The translations under genes were made by a program, and so were the position numbers. The notes beneath the pieces are model-generated. The model was given only the letters and a program-made list of their open reading frames with translations. It ran no database searches and was not told the DNA's origin. A DNA stretch of 63,561 nucleotides, filler included, from Basidiobolus ranarum (Eukaryota): the NCBI GenBank assembly GCA_040143965.1. It is 40 parts of 40 records of this genome, joined end to end, with 100 filler letters (N's around TTAATTAATTAA, not from the genome) between each part and the next. Parts side by side here need not be neighbours in the genome. Positions count along the whole stretch, not along the records: positions 11,190 to 12,686 come from JASJQH010011884.1; positions 12,787 to 14,282 come from JASJQH010011885.1; positions 14,383 to 15,877 come from JASJQH010011886.1; positions 15,978 to 17,472 come from JASJQH010011887.1; positions 17,573 to 19,066 come from JASJQH010011888.1; positions 19,167 to 20,660 come from JASJQH010011889.1; positions 20,761 to 22,254 come from JASJQH010011890.1; positions 22,355 to 23,848 come from JASJQH010011891.1; 32 more parts are not named here. One strand, 5' to 3'. This document shows positions 11,691 through 23,948 of the stretch, one piece after another (within the stretch, counting starts at the first letter, position 1; every line of letters begins with the position of its first letter).

Positions 11691-12530
11691 GCCCAAATAT
11701 CCCATACTTGCAGTCAACAAATTGCCTGCTACCAGTAGATGTGTGATTGCTTGAATAGATTACCCCCTAGCTAAAACAATAATACTCCATATCCCAATCT
11801 ATCTCACCATGGAGCCTGTCTTGCAGCTTTTCTAGAAATACCACCAGATTATCACATGAATAAATTAGGCCAAATTTTAGATATGATTACTCTGTGTCCA
11901 TGGATTAGGGTTTGTTTCTGTAATTGTGCTCAAACAATACAAAAACTAATGAGCACATTGAATAGAGCCCTTTGTTGGAAGGTTAATATACTCTGGAGTC
12001 TCCTTAACCCATTGCATTACATCCTTCATCAATTTTGCTGATACATGTTTAATCAGATTAGCATACAGTAATACTGACAATTTTACATGGAGCTTCATTT
12101 CACCACAGGTGTGCTCCATTAAGAACTCCCAGAATGTATAGCAAAGGCCTATAATCTCTAAGCATTCTGAAAGATGAAGTAGGAAATGTATTGAATCTTG
12201 GCATCCATTCAGTCTATCTTCTTTAAATCCGTAATAAAGTCCTCATATCCAATTACAAAATCTTTGCACAGTTGCTGTATCTGCCTGAGATAAGTCATTG
12301 TGAGTTAATGCCATAAGAATATATCAACAATATCCACAAACAACTCCCAATGCTGCCAATACTCATCAGGGAGAAATTGTTTCAAGATTCCACTTGAATA
12401 TATACAAATTTTATACTTCCAGTATTTGCATTTGAACAAACACTTGCAGAAAGTAGCTTCAGAACAGGAATATTCAACTAGACATTCAGTCTGGTGTTGC
12501 CCATGCAGACATCTGGTAAGAACTTAGTAC
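11690..12530 (-). mobile_element. CACTA/Tnp2 transposase C-terminal region, decayed
   Basis: IHFLLHLSECLEIIGLCYTFWEFLMEHTCG matches the HxLLH...GP...WxFPMER motif. Confidence 0.75.
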
Positions 12531-12786
12531 AGGGTGGCACAATATTGCAAGGCATCCACCAGATAGCTAGAAGAATGTTGATTTTGTTAAAGTATTTGGG
12601 AGCCTGTTGGAAGTCGTTTGGAGAATTAGAGGAATTGGTGGTTTTCACTTATTGATTTATTGAGTAGAAAGTTGACATTTATAGTTNNNNNNNNNNNNNN
12701 NNNNNNNNNNNNNNNNNNNNNNNNNNNNNNTTAATTAATTAANNNNNNNNNNNNNNNNNNNNNNNNNNNNNNNNNNNNNNNNNNNN

Positions 12787-14282
12787 TAGCTTCTTATTTT
12801 TAGTGTCATACAGTCTGTACCCTTTTGTCCGGTCACAATATCCTAAAAAAAGACATTTCTGGCTTTTTAGGTCTAGTTTTGGTCTCTTCTGGTCTGGAAT
12901 CATTGTATATGCAGTAATTCCAAAAACTCTGAGATTAGCCACATTGGGTTTACTTCCAGAACAAGCTTGATAAGGTGTCATAGCCAATAGAGACCTAGAA
13001 GGACATTTATTCCTAACTTATACTGCAGTTGAATTTGATCTGGCCCAGAATTGTTTTGGTAAATATTGAACTTGAAGAATTGATCTTACCTTTTCCATGA
13101 TAGCTCTTTTTGCATACTTTGGATACTTCATTCTGCTGTGGGGAATGTGGCACTGTAGTCTGGTGTTTTATCCCATGTGTTGAGCAGAAGTTGGAGAAGA
13201 GTTTTGATATATATTCCCCTCCATTATCAGTACACATAATCTTAATTTTTAGACCTGTTTCAGGCTCCACCATTGCTTTGATTTTCTTGAAGGTATCAAA
13301 GGCTTCATCCTTACTGGCCAGAAAGTACACCCAAGTATATTTTGTCCTATCATCAATGAAGATCATAAAATACCTTTTTCAGCCTAAGGATTTTGTCTGC
13401 ATTGGGCCACAGAGATCTGAATATATCAGGCCCAATTCTTGATCAATTTTGCTCATCCCAGAGCCCAAAAACGGATGTCTGTGTTGCCTACCATATAGGC
13501 AACCTTCACATAGCTCCAGATCTAGTGAAATTACAAAATTTAGTCCCAAAACCAACTTGTTCTTAATTAAATTTCTTTTATTTTCAACTTGTAGATGTCC
13601 CAATCTCCTATGCCGGATTTTCCAGTCTATCTCTTCGGCTGTGGCAGTATTAGCTTGTTCGTATATTGACCTAATATAAAGAAGTTTGTACAAGTTATTT
13701 TGCTTAGCTCCAGAAGCTATATAATTCCCTTTTTGATCTCTGCTTGTACAGCCATTTAGATCAAAATTAAAGCTATATTGCTCAGATGTAGCTTTGCTCA
13801 CTGATAACATATACTTTGCTATCCCAGGCACATATAGCACATTTTTCAGTGTCAAATACATGTCCCCAGAGATGCCCCCAAGAGCCACTTCAGTTTCTCC
13901 CACTCCCAAAGCTTCTAGTGGCTGGTCATCACCAATATAAACCATCCTGTTTGTGTCAGTTTTGAGTGTCTTAAACCAGTTTTTTTGAATAGAGAAATGT
14001 TGAGAGGCTCCAGAATAAATATAACACAACCTAATATCTTGTTCAGAGGTCACTAATAGCAAAGAAATGAATAAAACTTCCTCTTTAGTTGATACCTGAT
14101 TTGCTTGTTCTGACTTCTGATTTTTGTTGTAATTTCTTGATTTGCAATCTTTTAACTGGTGTCCTGGTTTGTAACAACCATAGCATAAACCTGGTTTCCT
14201 TCTTTTGCAACCTTTGTGCTTGCCAAAGCTACATTTTTCTGCTCCATAAAGAGCCACTTCCTCAGATTCTTGTTTCAAATTC
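12787..14282 (-). mobile_element. Ty1/copia zinc knuckle, protease and integrase, decayed
   Basis: CYGCYKPGHQLKDC; SGASQH; HRRLGH; SDLCGPM; FIDD; TDNGGEY; CLFLGY. Confidence 0.95.
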
Positions 14283-15035
14283 NNNNNNNNNNNNNNNNNN
14301 NNNNNNNNNNNNNNNNNNNNNNNNNNTTAATTAATTAANNNNNNNNNNNNNNNNNNNNNNNNNNNNNNNNNNNNNNNNNNNNGATGTGGACTAGAATTAG
14401 ATGTATGATCATGATTTTAAACTGTGTTGAGCCAAGAAACTTGATTTGGTGTCTGCACTGGGCAGGCACAATGGTAATGTTATGGGAAACACATTGATTT
14501 CATCTAATAATTGTAACACCCATATTGTTCGTCGAACTCAAGCCACAGCAAGCCATGAAATGAAACTGCCGGCGAAACCTGAGTAAATAGATGGTATTGA
14601 AGATTGTGTTTCTCATATACATTCGTAAATCAAGGATGGAGTGATTGCCATCTACATACCTCGTGTTTCATCTATCTGTCAAACAACAGAATCCACAATA
14701 TCCTGCGATATACTGTAATCATCGCATATAATTACCCAGAGATCTGGCTAAATGTGAGGGGCTATGGACAAAAGCCACACATCATTGGAATTTGGCTTAT
14801 GTCATTTTAAACCGAGTCACATTGGGCTCTCAAAAGCGAAGGGTTACAACTAGTACAATACTACTGACTCCTTTTTACTCTCTGTTTCATTTCAAAAGTT
14901 TACCCTTCTCCCCCTCCTAACGTTGCTCTCATTTATACAGCAAACTTTAGTAAGAAAAGGCCCGATCGACTTGTGAACTAACTACTGCTTCTTGGAGAGT
15001 GTTGCGGCTCCTCAAACCTATCCCAATTACTCTGT

Positions 15036-15877
15036 ATGGAATCGAACACGTACAAACAAACTATTTCTCTAAATGCAGAGTCAACCGATAGTAATACCTA
15101 CAGCCATACCTCTACCAGAGGCACTTCTTTCAAGTCCAAATCTATGAGTTCAAAAAAGAAAGGAAGAGCAACTATTCGGAATGCGCAAGCTGGAAACACT
15201 AGTCGAAATGATACCTCGAAAGACAATAATAAAGCCGAAAATTTAGGGTAATTCATCTTGAAAGTTCCTGTGTTCTATTTATCCTGAAGGGTATACCCAA
15301 GCCTATGTACTCTCGAAACGCTTCTCATACAATTTATTTCAAGGAAAATATCTTCTAGTGCCAGCTTTAGGAAGCGGTTAAAAGAAAAATCCAGGTTTAT
15401 CGTGTCTTCTGAAGAGATTGGTAACTCTAAAGTAAAAAAGTAAATTATAGATTTATTAGCGAATTTCCGAGTCACGATTTGAATTTTAAAAAATCTCCTT
15501 CTACACAGAAACACCTGCGAAAAATCTAAGAAACTCAGAAATGTGCATCCTAATAAAGAGGGCCTATTCAATGGGCAAACTAGCATAGGAATCTCTAAAA
15601 AGAGAAAGAATTATTGGCACTCCCAAAGCTACAGTAAGCCTCTCTTGGAAAAAAAGAAATCTCGGAAAGATACGCAAAATTCAGAAAGGTTGAGCATCAT
15701 TTTTCCTGGCTACTTGCGTATTTTCAGCTAACAATTCACCTCCATCATAGTGAGGGAAGTGGAAAACAACCCAAGCAGGGGATTACCAGCACTTCAGAGA
15801 ATATTGAATCGAAACCCTCTCGGAGTTTCAGCCGTGAAACATTCAGTACTTCAAAGAAACCTAACTTGGACCACTAC
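15036..15877 (+). CDS. Possible 5' end of a spliced host gene with a basic, low-complexity N-terminus; exon structure unresolved
   Basis: ATG ORF running into a GTAATT donor, further donor/acceptor-like sites, CpG retained. No family recognised. Confidence 0.35.
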
Positions 15878-15977
15878 NNNNNNNNNNNNNNNNNNNNNNN
15901 NNNNNNNNNNNNNNNNNNNNNTTAATTAATTAANNNNNNNNNNNNNNNNNNNNNNNNNNNNNNNNNNNNNNNNNNNN

Positions 15978-16585
15978 TGTTTGGAGGAACTTTAGAAAAG
16001 TGGAGTTGTGAATAGCTTTTGTGAGATAATTGTTTATTGTCCAGAAATAAAGCATTTATACTTTTTGGTGGAAATACAGAAAACTAACTTATATGTGATA
16101 TATGAAATAGTTAGGTGTATAAAGATAGAGATAACAAATATGATAAAGACAATAAACTTCAACAGGTAATTGGTTCCATCCAATTTTCAGAAGAGGGAGA
16201 AGTTCCATATATTTGAGAAGTCAACATTACAGAGAGTGCAAGCTTGGGGCTCATAACCTGTTGGAAGTGGTTTAGAGAATTAGAGGAATTGGTGGTTTTC
16301 ACTTGTTGATTTATTGAGTAGAAAGTTGATATTCATAGTTTGTCAAGATGTCAACAAACTAACATGTAGAATTTGTTAAGGAAGATCTCAGGAACATGTG
16401 TGCAAGGTTTGGGGCTTCTAGCTCAAGATTGAAAAATTTATATAGCTGAGAACTTCTAAGTTTGTAAAAATATTCCAAGTAAATTCCTTATAGGAATAAT
16501 GGATAATATCTTAGTGAATTATAAGATAACTAAGTACTAAGCTATATATGACTAAATAGGCGTTTAGGCAATGCTAATTTCAACA
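15978..16585 (-). mobile_element. Copia 5' LTR-B (16259-16585), PBS (16247-16258) and gag start, interrupted by an LTR-A fragment (15978-16165)
   Basis: Reverse-complement GGTTATGAGCCC abuts the LTR. LTR-A matches 691-1050. Confidence 0.85.
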
Positions 16586-16659
16586 CTTTTAAAGCAATCT
16601 CTGCTTAAATAGCCAGTTCTTATACTATAATGACACAGTGTATTACTTTTCTTCTTTAA

Positions 16660-17472
16660 GTGCTTTTGATCTCTACAGGAAGAAAAAGATATTTAATCAC
16701 CCTTCTTGATGATTATACAAGAAACACTTCAGCCTACTATATGGAAAGAAAAGAAGAAGCTCTCTTTAACTTCAGAGATTTTAAAATACTTGTGAAGACT
16801 GAAAACAGAACTAAAAACAAGAAAATCAATAGTTATAATGGTGGAAAATATACTTCAACACTATTTAAGCACATTTGCAAAGTTCATGGATTTAAGCAAG
16901 AAACTACTGCCCTCTATTCATCTCAACAAAATGGAGTTGCTGAAAGAGCTAACAGGTCTATAATAGAAATGGCCAGATCTATGATAAATGCACAAAATTT
17001 ATTTCATAACTTTTGGGCAGAATCTGTTGCTACAGCTGTGTATCTGAAAAATTGGAGTATTACTTGATGTCTGTCTGACTCTACACCATATCACACTTGG
17101 TTTGGAGTTAAACCTGATGTAAAACATTTGAGGATCTTTGGATGAATTGCTTATGTCCAAATTATGACCAAAAATTGGTCCAAACATGATCCAAAAAGTA
17201 AGAAATGCATGTTTCTGGGTAATTGTACTCAAACTAAGGCACACAGGCTCTATGAAACCAAGATTTCAAAGTTAATCAAGTCCAGGGATGTTTAGTTTAA
17301 TCAAAGTGAAATATTTTCCCCCCAAAATGACATCAGATGATGGCAAAATTCAAATTTCTCCTGATCCAACCAATCCAATTGATTCAAACCAAAACAATGA
17401 GGAAAATAGCATACCTGCAGACCCTTCAACCAAACATTTGCCTTCTGAAGTGGCTAACACAATGCCAGCAGT
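16660..17472 (+). mobile_element. Copia integrase, decayed
   Basis: LDDYTR; NGGKY; QQNGVAERANRSIIEMARSM; FWAESVATAVYLKN. Confidence 0.9.
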
Positions 17473-17572
17473 NNNNNNNNNNNNNNNNNNNNNNNNNNNN
17501 NNNNNNNNNNNNNNNNTTAATTAATTAANNNNNNNNNNNNNNNNNNNNNNNNNNNNNNNNNNNNNNNNNNNN

Positions 17573-18145
17573 GCATATAACACAACTAAAAGAGGAAATG
17601 AACACTATGTACTTATGGCAACCTCTAAGTCAGGAAATGACTCTGCTGATGTATAGATTCTAGATTCTGGTGCAAGTGATCATGTGTGTCACAATAGAAA
17701 CATAATGCATGACTATAAGTGGATAGAACCTCTGAACATACAGTAGCTAGAAGAAACAAACTGGTTGCATATGGAATGGGAAAGGTCACACTTGACTTAC
17801 AAATAATAAAACCAAAAGTGTAATGGTAAATGTTGTGTCCAAGAGAAAAGTGGATAAAAAGTCTTGAACTTCACTAAACCAAAGAAACAGTTAAGTGCAC
17901 AATCTTAGATTGTTTAAGCAGGATATGTCAGCAGAGCAGCTCTAACTAATATATATCTTGCAAATAGCAGTGGGTTGCTATGTTACGGTAAAGAGTAGGT
18001 TTGCTAGGCAGCTAGGCTTGGTGTTTGGTAGGTGCTAGTGGATACTAGGCTAGGATAGTAATGAGAGAGGAATATTAAATTTGTTTGAGATACACTGAGA
18101 AGTGATGAGATCCTATATTTGTTGAGACACACACTAGACCAAAAG
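17573..18145. mobile_element. Copia protease remnant (+, to about 17830), then LTR-E fragment (-, 17831-18145)
   Basis: ILDSGASDHVCH; TGTTGTGTCCAAGAG as at 9646. Confidence 0.8.
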
Positions 18146-18879
18146 GAACATTATGATATCAAATTCAGCTAAGGAAAAGTAACATATACAAATCAAAGGC
18201 CTTGATAGTAGTAACTGGAACATGAATTGGGAATCTATGTCATCTGGTTATTACACCAATAACTGAAATTGTTTCTAGCTTTGCAACAATTACTTCTAGC
18301 AACTTGATGCACTAACAAAAATACAATCAATCTGATCCAAATCAAATACACCCTCCAAAATCGCAAAACCAACAGAGAACAGTCACTATATTGTTGGCTT
18401 GCATTCTGCCAGGGATTTTGATGGTGTGACAGTGGTTTCTTGATGGTTTCTTAACGGTATTAATATATGTTAAAATATTGATCCTCAAATTTGGCATGTG
18501 TTATTCAATATCCAGCAATTTTTGCAAAAATATAATTTTTGAATGGCAAATTACTGAGTTTACCACTGTAGGAATTTGAATCAATATGCTTGCCCTTATT
18601 TAGATATTTTAGGCTTTGTATTCTGCCATAATGAGAATCAAAAAATACAAGAATCTTGTTACGTTAAGTCTCTACATATGCACATATTTGACTGATTAGA
18701 CATAAAGCAACAACATCAATATGCTTTACCAGCAAACTAATGGTGGAAAAATTGCTAAGCATCTGAAATTTTGAATAGCACTGACACTTTGCAAATAGCT
18801 GACTTGTGTTACCATTCACAATGAGAATAATCTCTTGGAGTTTGGCAAATTTCCGTAAAGATTTCAGCCAATATATCCC

Positions 18880-19050
18880 CAACTTGCAGTCAACAAATGT
18901 CCTGCGACAAGTAGCAGTGTCATTGCTTGAATAGATTACCCCATGGCTAAAACACTAATACTGCATATCTCCATCTATCTCACCAAGAAGTCTGTCTTGC
19001 AGCTTTCCTAAAAATACCGTCAGATTATCACACAAGCAAATTAGTTCGAT
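18880..19050 (-). mobile_element. Fragment of the CACTA 3' region
   Basis: DNA match to about 11700-11880, which is contiguous with the Tnp2 C-terminus. Confidence 0.6.
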
Positions 19051-19166
19051 TATAAAGGTACTTACTNNNNNNNNNNNNNNNNNNNNNNNNNNNNNNNNNN
19101 NNNNNNNNNNTTAATTAATTAANNNNNNNNNNNNNNNNNNNNNNNNNNNNNNNNNNNNNNNNNNNN

Positions 19167-19503
19167 TCCTGGTGGTGGCAGACCCCCCGGTTACGATAGA
19201 CCTCCTGGTGGTGGCAGACCTCCTGGTGGTGACAGACCTCCGGGCGGTGGCAGACCCCCCGGTCACGATAGACCTCCTGGTGGTGAGAGACCTCCTGGTG
19301 GTGGCAGACCCCCCGGTTACGATAGACCTCCTGGTGGTGACAGACCTCCCGGTGGTGGCAATCCCCCTGGTTACGACAATCCTCCAGGTGGTGGCAATCC
19401 TCCCGGTTACGAAAATCCTCCTGGTGGTGACAGACCCCCTGGTGGTAACCAACCACCAGGCTACCCACCAACTGGTTATAACGGACGTAATCATTATGGG
19501 TAA
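19167..19503 (+). CDS. 3' end of a Pro/Gly-rich hexapeptide-repeat protein, not in the ORF track
   Basis: Frame from 19168: PGGGRPPGYDRPPGGGRPPGGDRPPG...NPPGYDNPPG...YNGRNHYG* (TAA 19501-19503). The 18-bp unit shows synonymous variation. Confidence 0.8.
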
Positions 19504-20879
19504 AATGATGGATATGGCAACAGTCACGGTTGTGGAAGTATTGAGAGAACTTAGTGTCGCGATTAAACTCTAACCATGCTTGGTACTCCTTTGGTACTGT
19601 ATTACTTGTTTGTCTTGCAGCTTCGGTTAACAATAAAGAAATAAATTTTCAACAAAACCAAACCTTATTACTCACCTATCTATCAATGGTTCCAGATATG
19701 TATTTCCTAGATAGTTGACTATTCAACAAGTGTAACACAGATACAACTTGTATATATAATAAATCCCTGTTCAAATGGTTTGAATTAATCTTTCCTTGAT
19801 GTGATACTCGAGATTCCAGGATCTCTAGGTTGTAGTCTAGCTAACAAAAAATGAATTCAAAATACTGTGCCGTCTATTCTCAACTATAATTCGATAGAAA
19901 TTAATAAAGCTTTTGTTTATTAAATACATAATTTATAGCACACTAGTGATTGCAATAAATCCTATCATATACTAGTATGTCGGTATTTCCCAAGTATTGT
20001 TTATATGTTCACTAGCATCACATACAGTATGTACATAACGCACAACACACTGAGTATTCGTGCTCGCCACTAAAAGAACAGATTGTTTGCCCACTCTCTA
20101 TAGTCTGCTATAACATCAACAACATTAAAACCAGGCGAATGGGAAAAGGTACACATTAATGTTCGTCGACTGGAGTAGTATTTTTTGATAAATCACTGTC
20201 TCAGTGCTAAAACTCTAACGCTAAACTGAGATCTCATCTAGGCATTGGGCGTGTAGAAAGAATGTAGAAGTGAGAACACTTTCCTGCAGTAGAACAGATT
20301 AGAATACACTTGCTATTCTTTACCAACTTGCCTAGCTTAATCTATTCTATTTGTACTTCAACTCAAGTTTACAATGAATAGTTTAACTTATAAATCAACT
20401 CCTATTTTTATAATAAAGTGAACCAATTCTATTACTTTTATCCGTACTTCATTGTGTGCTCACTCCTGTGCATGTTTTATGCCAATCGTCTTCTATTTAG
20501 TGATTTCAACATATGTATTCATCATTGAGGGCTCCAATTTCGTGGTAAAATTTGGACTTTGAAAACGAACTGTCGGGAAACTCATGAATGGAACACTGTT
20601 TACTTTACACAAAATTCGCTACTTCTTTAGTTCAGAGCAAAAGACAAATATTTTATTTTGNNNNNNNNNNNNNNNNNNNNNNNNNNNNNNNNNNNNNNNN
20701 NNNNTTAATTAATTAANNNNNNNNNNNNNNNNNNNNNNNNNNNNNNNNNNNNNNNNNNNNATATTCTAAGTAAATTCCGATTGAGAATAATTGATAATAT
20801 CTTAGTGAATTACAAGATAACTAAGTACTAAGCTATATATGACTATATAGGTGTTTAGGCAATGCTAATTTTAACAGTA

Positions 20880-20990
20880 TATATCCTTGATACATTCCAG
20901 CAAGAATTAACAGACCCGTAAGCAGCCAAAAGCTATGCTATTCTGGCAAGTACAAAGCTCACTATGTAAGATTCCTAACTTAATCAAATA
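20880..20990 (+). mobile_element. ISL2EU/Harbinger-like transposase fragment, following an LTR-B end at 20761-20877
   Basis: ILDTF/PARINRPVSSQKLCYSGKYKAH (one frameshift), homologous to 38055-38150. Confidence 0.55.
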
Positions 20991-21014
20991 ATGTTTTCTT
21001 CCAAATTTGTCCCA

Positions 21015-22254
21015 GTTGGCTACATTCAGGCAGACAACACAATAGAAGGTTATGGGAGAGGAAGTCTGCACCATATCTACAATCCCTAACAGAAATTTGA
21101 GGATTGTTATTGCAAGAAAACCATCACAATTTTAATCCATTTTAGAATTGACCATTTACTTAACATCATCAAATTGTCAAGTTAGATTTGATTTTAAACA
21201 ATTTCTTTGGTTTCAAGAGTGATATTTCAAGATCTCACAAAATAGTTGCTAATGATTGGCTACAATCTCAGAACACTATGGTCCAACACATGTGCAAAAA
21301 ATATAACTCAAATTTTACACATTTGCCACTAGAATGCTAATTTGTCACATCAAAAATCCCTAGTTTCTTTGATACATTCTCCAGAATATTTTTATTGAGT
21401 TCTTCATAGATAAGGTTTAGCTCATATCCAACATAAGTTTGTAATAATATCTCCATCAAAGCTCACCATTGTATTAATGTTGCTGAATTCACATTCTTCC
21501 AGCTATCTGGCAGATGCCTGCCCTAACAGAAATTTAAGGATTGCTATCATTGGAAAATCATCACAATTTTAATCTATTTATGTTGGCTACATTCAGGCAG
21601 ACAACACAATACAAGGTTATGGGAGAAGAAGTCTGCAACATATCTACAATCCCTAACAGACACTTGAGGATTATAATTGCAAGAAAACCATCACAATTTT
21701 AATCATTTTGGAATTGACCATTTACTTACCATCATAAAATTGTCAAGTTAGATTAGATTTTAAACAAATTCTTCAGTTTCAGGAGTGAAATTTCAAGATC
21801 TTGCAAAATAGTTGCACATGATTGGCTACAATCTCAGAGAACTATGGATCAACACATGTGCAAAAAACATTACTCAAATTTTAAACATTTATCACTTGGA
21901 TGTTAATTTGTCACCTTCAAAATCCCTAGTTTCTTTAATATATTCTCCTGAATATTTTATAGTGTTCTTCATACCCAAGGTTTAGATGATATCCAACACA
22001 AGTTTGTATCAATATCTCCATCAAAGCCCACCATTTTATTAATGTTGCTGAATTAACATTTTCCAGCTATCTGGCAGATACCCTGCAATATTGTCCCACT
22101 CTGTATCAAGTTCTTCCCAGATAACTGCATGGTCAACATCAGACTGAATGTCAAGTTGAATGTTCTTCTTCTGAAGCCACTTTCTGCAAACTTGCATAGC
22201 ATTTTTCACTTCATACTTTTGAAAATACTTCTCTAGCACTTTTACTATTTTTAT
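21015..22254 (-). repeat. Distal part of the CACTA-associated ORF2 region with a tandem duplication of about 567 bp
   Basis: 21015-21517 is repeated at 21582-22083. Both match 52565-53070. Confidence 0.75.
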
Positions 22255-22354
22255 NNNNNNNNNNNNNNNNNNNNNNNNNNNNNNNNNNNNNNNNNNNNTT
22301 AATTAATTAANNNNNNNNNNNNNNNNNNNNNNNNNNNNNNNNNNNNNNNNNNNN

Positions 22355-22501
22355 GATCAAGGCACCAGTAGAGGACATGACAGTTCCTGGCTCATAGTTG
22401 AGGGCATGCTCATAGAGTTGAGCGACAGAGAGATTTCGAAGGATTGGCTTGTTGTAGTCAATACCTGCCTCGGGGGCCAAGTGAAAGTCTTGATGAGTCA
22501 T
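22355..22501 (-). CDS. pck1: Phosphoenolpyruvate carboxykinase (ATP), N-terminus, copy 1
   Basis: AGIDYNKPILRNLSVAQLYEHALNYEPGTVMSSTGALI matches the fungal PEPCK N-terminal pattern RNxSVAxLYExAL...SSxGAL. Confidence 0.85.
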
Positions 22502-23698
22502 TGAGATTGAATAGCTAAAGTTGAATTGATAATTTTCAACGCAGACTGGAATTATTTTATAGAAGGCAAACGTATCACTGTGGAGTGATTTCCGGTATAC
22601 CCGAAATCAATATGAGACATGGCTTACTATCTAGAACTACGTAGTTCATAGTAGTTTAATGGAGGGGCTCAAGCAATCTGGATTCAATTCCGTAGTGGCT
22701 AACTTGAATAATTCGTAGTTAATGACTATGCAAGGCTTAGGCTCCAGAATTGGCTGATTTTGGCATGACATCTTCTCATGATATGACTTCATGTAAATTG
22801 ATATGGCAGTTGATGATGAGTGGCTTCCAATTTTTCGAAATAATAGCCAATATCCGGATTTAGCCTATAAAGAATTAAGCAGTCAAATCTAAGAGTCACT
22901 TTGATGATCCGCGATCTCTCATTCCGGTGCAGGATATATGGAAATATTCCAATTCAGTTAAGTTGCAGATCATGTGAAAGTCTAATGTCAAGACTTCGCC
23001 TGGAGCATTAGTAACATTGTACCTGTGAATCCAGGTTTAATTAATGTAAACTCTACTCAATTCTCGAGAACATGATCCACTCTAATTAGACCATGTTAAT
23101 TGAAAAACGTCAAAATGCAAATGTTGTATAAAGGGTACTTATTTGTGTCACAGTGTATTTGTTATCGAATGTGACATTATTGCCGCCACCAAGTTATTGA
23201 TGCCAGTCCCCAATTCCCAGCACGATTGATCAGACTTATTCCGGCAATGGACTGTTCTGTGCGGTGTAGACTAAACTTCGTAACGCCGCTAGCATCAGGT
23301 ATATTCATATAGTTCAGTTATCCAAAATAAACATTCTAGAATGAACAGATCAGTTTTCAATCCAATAATACCAAATAAGTCAAAAGGATCGTGAGAAAAG
23401 GAATCTCAAATTGTATGGTGTGGGAGTGAAACATGATTGTGGGGTTTTCAAAGCTTGTGGCTTAACAATACGATGGCTTTATTAGAATTCTTGACTTGAT
23501 CTGATAAAATCCCATAAAGAACATAGGATTTCACCTATTAAGACAGATTATTGAGACTGAGTAATATCGATTCCTACAATTTTAAATCACGAGTCTATTG
23601 TAAGTGATGAGCGAGCTCTAGACTAAAATTGTCTCAGACGTTGCTCATATAAAAGAAACATTCCGAATTATCATCCTGCAGTAAAAATCAAACACTAA

Positions 23699-23848
23699 AT
23701 GACTCATCAAGACTTTCACTTAGCTCCCGAAGCTGGCATTGACTACAACAAGCCAATCCTTCGAAATCTCTCTGTCGCTCAACTCTATGAGCATGCCCTC
23801 AACTATGAGCCAGGAACTGTCATGTCCTCTACTGGTGCCTTGATCACT
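23699..23848 (+). CDS. pck1: Phosphoenolpyruvate carboxykinase (ATP), N-terminus, copy 2
   Basis: Same amino acid sequence as copy 1, in divergent orientation. Confidence 0.85.
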
Positions 23849-23948
23849 NNNNNNNNNNNNNNNNNNNNNNNNNNNNNNNNNNNNNNNNNNNNTTAATTAA
23901 TTAANNNNNNNNNNNNNNNNNNNNNNNNNNNNNNNNNNNNNNNNNNNN

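Noticed and set aside
19111-19633. ORF-track ORFs 19111-19527, 19115-19633 and 19172-19573
   Set aside because: Shadow frames of the 18-bp PPG coding repeat.
22592-22603. AcuK/AcuM site in the PEPCK promoter
   Set aside because: Spacing is CCG-N6-CCG, not the CCG-N7-CCG I recall, and there is only one instance.
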